This document shows positions 63,325 to 64,000 of a DNA stretch of 64,000 bases, piece after piece. The number at the start of each line of letters is the position of its first letter. Position 1 is the first letter of the stretch. The position numbers and the translations under genes were made by a program. The DNA comes from Felis catus (lineage: Eukaryota), in the NCBI RefSeq assembly GCF_018350175.1, contig NC_058383.1, forward strand, positions 15,502,001-15,566,000, written 5' to 3'. The notes under the pieces were generated by a model. The model saw only the letters and a program-made list of their open reading frames with translations, was not told where the DNA came from and made no database searches.

Positions 63325-64000
63325 GGGAGGCTGATATGCACATTTTATTTAACAAACATAATGTACAAGACTAAAAGAACTGTATATATTCCCAGGAGAA
63401 TTCAGAGTGTGTATACCTGGATTAGCACCTAGAAAGTACATAGAAAAGAACAACGGAAAAGGGGGAAAGCTTTCTACAAAAATCACTTGGGCTCGGGTTT
63501 CTAAGTGCAGATTCTCACTGGCATCGGATAGTAACTCCTTGCACTCCACATGAGCTCAGTGATCGGCTGACTCGGTTAACTGCTTCACGCCTTTAGCGCT
63601 TTGTGACAACAGGTATGTCAACCTCATGGCTCTTACGGGGAAATTTAAGTAAAGGATACAAAGTTTTATACTCACCCTAGTTTTATTCCAAAATTACTGC
63701 ACTACAAATCTGTGTGGTACACTGTTAGGAAGATACTGAGATACTGCTTGTGTCATGTGACCTTGTTTCAGAACGATGCCCTGGAATTATGCACAATTTC
63801 ACAGCTACGCTGATAATCTATAGAAATCACTGACTGGAAGGAGGATCATACGTGGCGTATTTAGGTTATGAAGGGTTCCATTAGGATTAAAACGGTTCCA
63901 CACTGCCAGTGGCTGTAAAGCCTCAGTATCAGTTGACCGCACTGTGCATTTAATACAATATTCTTTGGTTATATCATATTAACCACAAGGAGGACAGCTT
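63325..64000 (-). other. Probable 3'UTR end of upstream minus-strand gene (RABGEF1 by recalled synteny)
   Basis: Repeat-free. Minus strand has several TGTA motifs then AATAAA (63344-63349) and a U-rich downstream tract (CTGTCTTCTTTTGATTTCTT). Gene identity is inference from RABGEF1-TMEM248-SBDS order; no coding sequence visible. Confidence 0.5.
63344..63349 (-). terminator. Polyadenylation signal AATAAA
   Basis: Minus strand TTGTTAAATAAAATGTGC with upstream TGTA and downstream U-rich element. Confidence 0.6.

Noticed and set aside
1..64000. CRISPR arrays, operons or prokaryotic defence systems
   Set aside because: Sequence is mammalian with spliceosomal introns; recurring motifs are dispersed SINEs, not repeat-spacer arrays.

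Overview
Mammalian (felid, most likely domestic cat) genomic DNA, judged from dozens of tRNA-derived CAN-SINEs of the feline SINEC_Fc type. The window holds one complete protein-coding gene, TMEM248, on the minus strand. It has a CpG-island first exon near 43.0-43.3 kb, six coding exons (24060 to 14994) that join through GT-AG sites into a 945-nt, 314-aa ORF, and a ~2.7-kb 3'UTR ending at AATAAA 12293-12298. The last ~700 bp look like the polyadenylated end of an upstream minus-strand gene, probably RABGEF1 by recalled synteny (inference only). The rest is mostly interspersed repeats: SINEC, L1, MIR, L2, MaLR solo LTRs, hAT MITEs, and a decayed ERVL provirus with a tRNA-Leu primer-binding site next to the promoter. 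Repeat family names come from recalled consensus motifs, and repeat boundaries are approximate unless TSDs are given. Nearly all other ORFs in the track are repeat-derived or chance. I see no convincing new biological system. The best leads are exon-1 architecture (twin in-frame donors, uORF, open upstream frame), an intronic palindrome cluster, an open retained last intron and the promoter-flanking ERVL.
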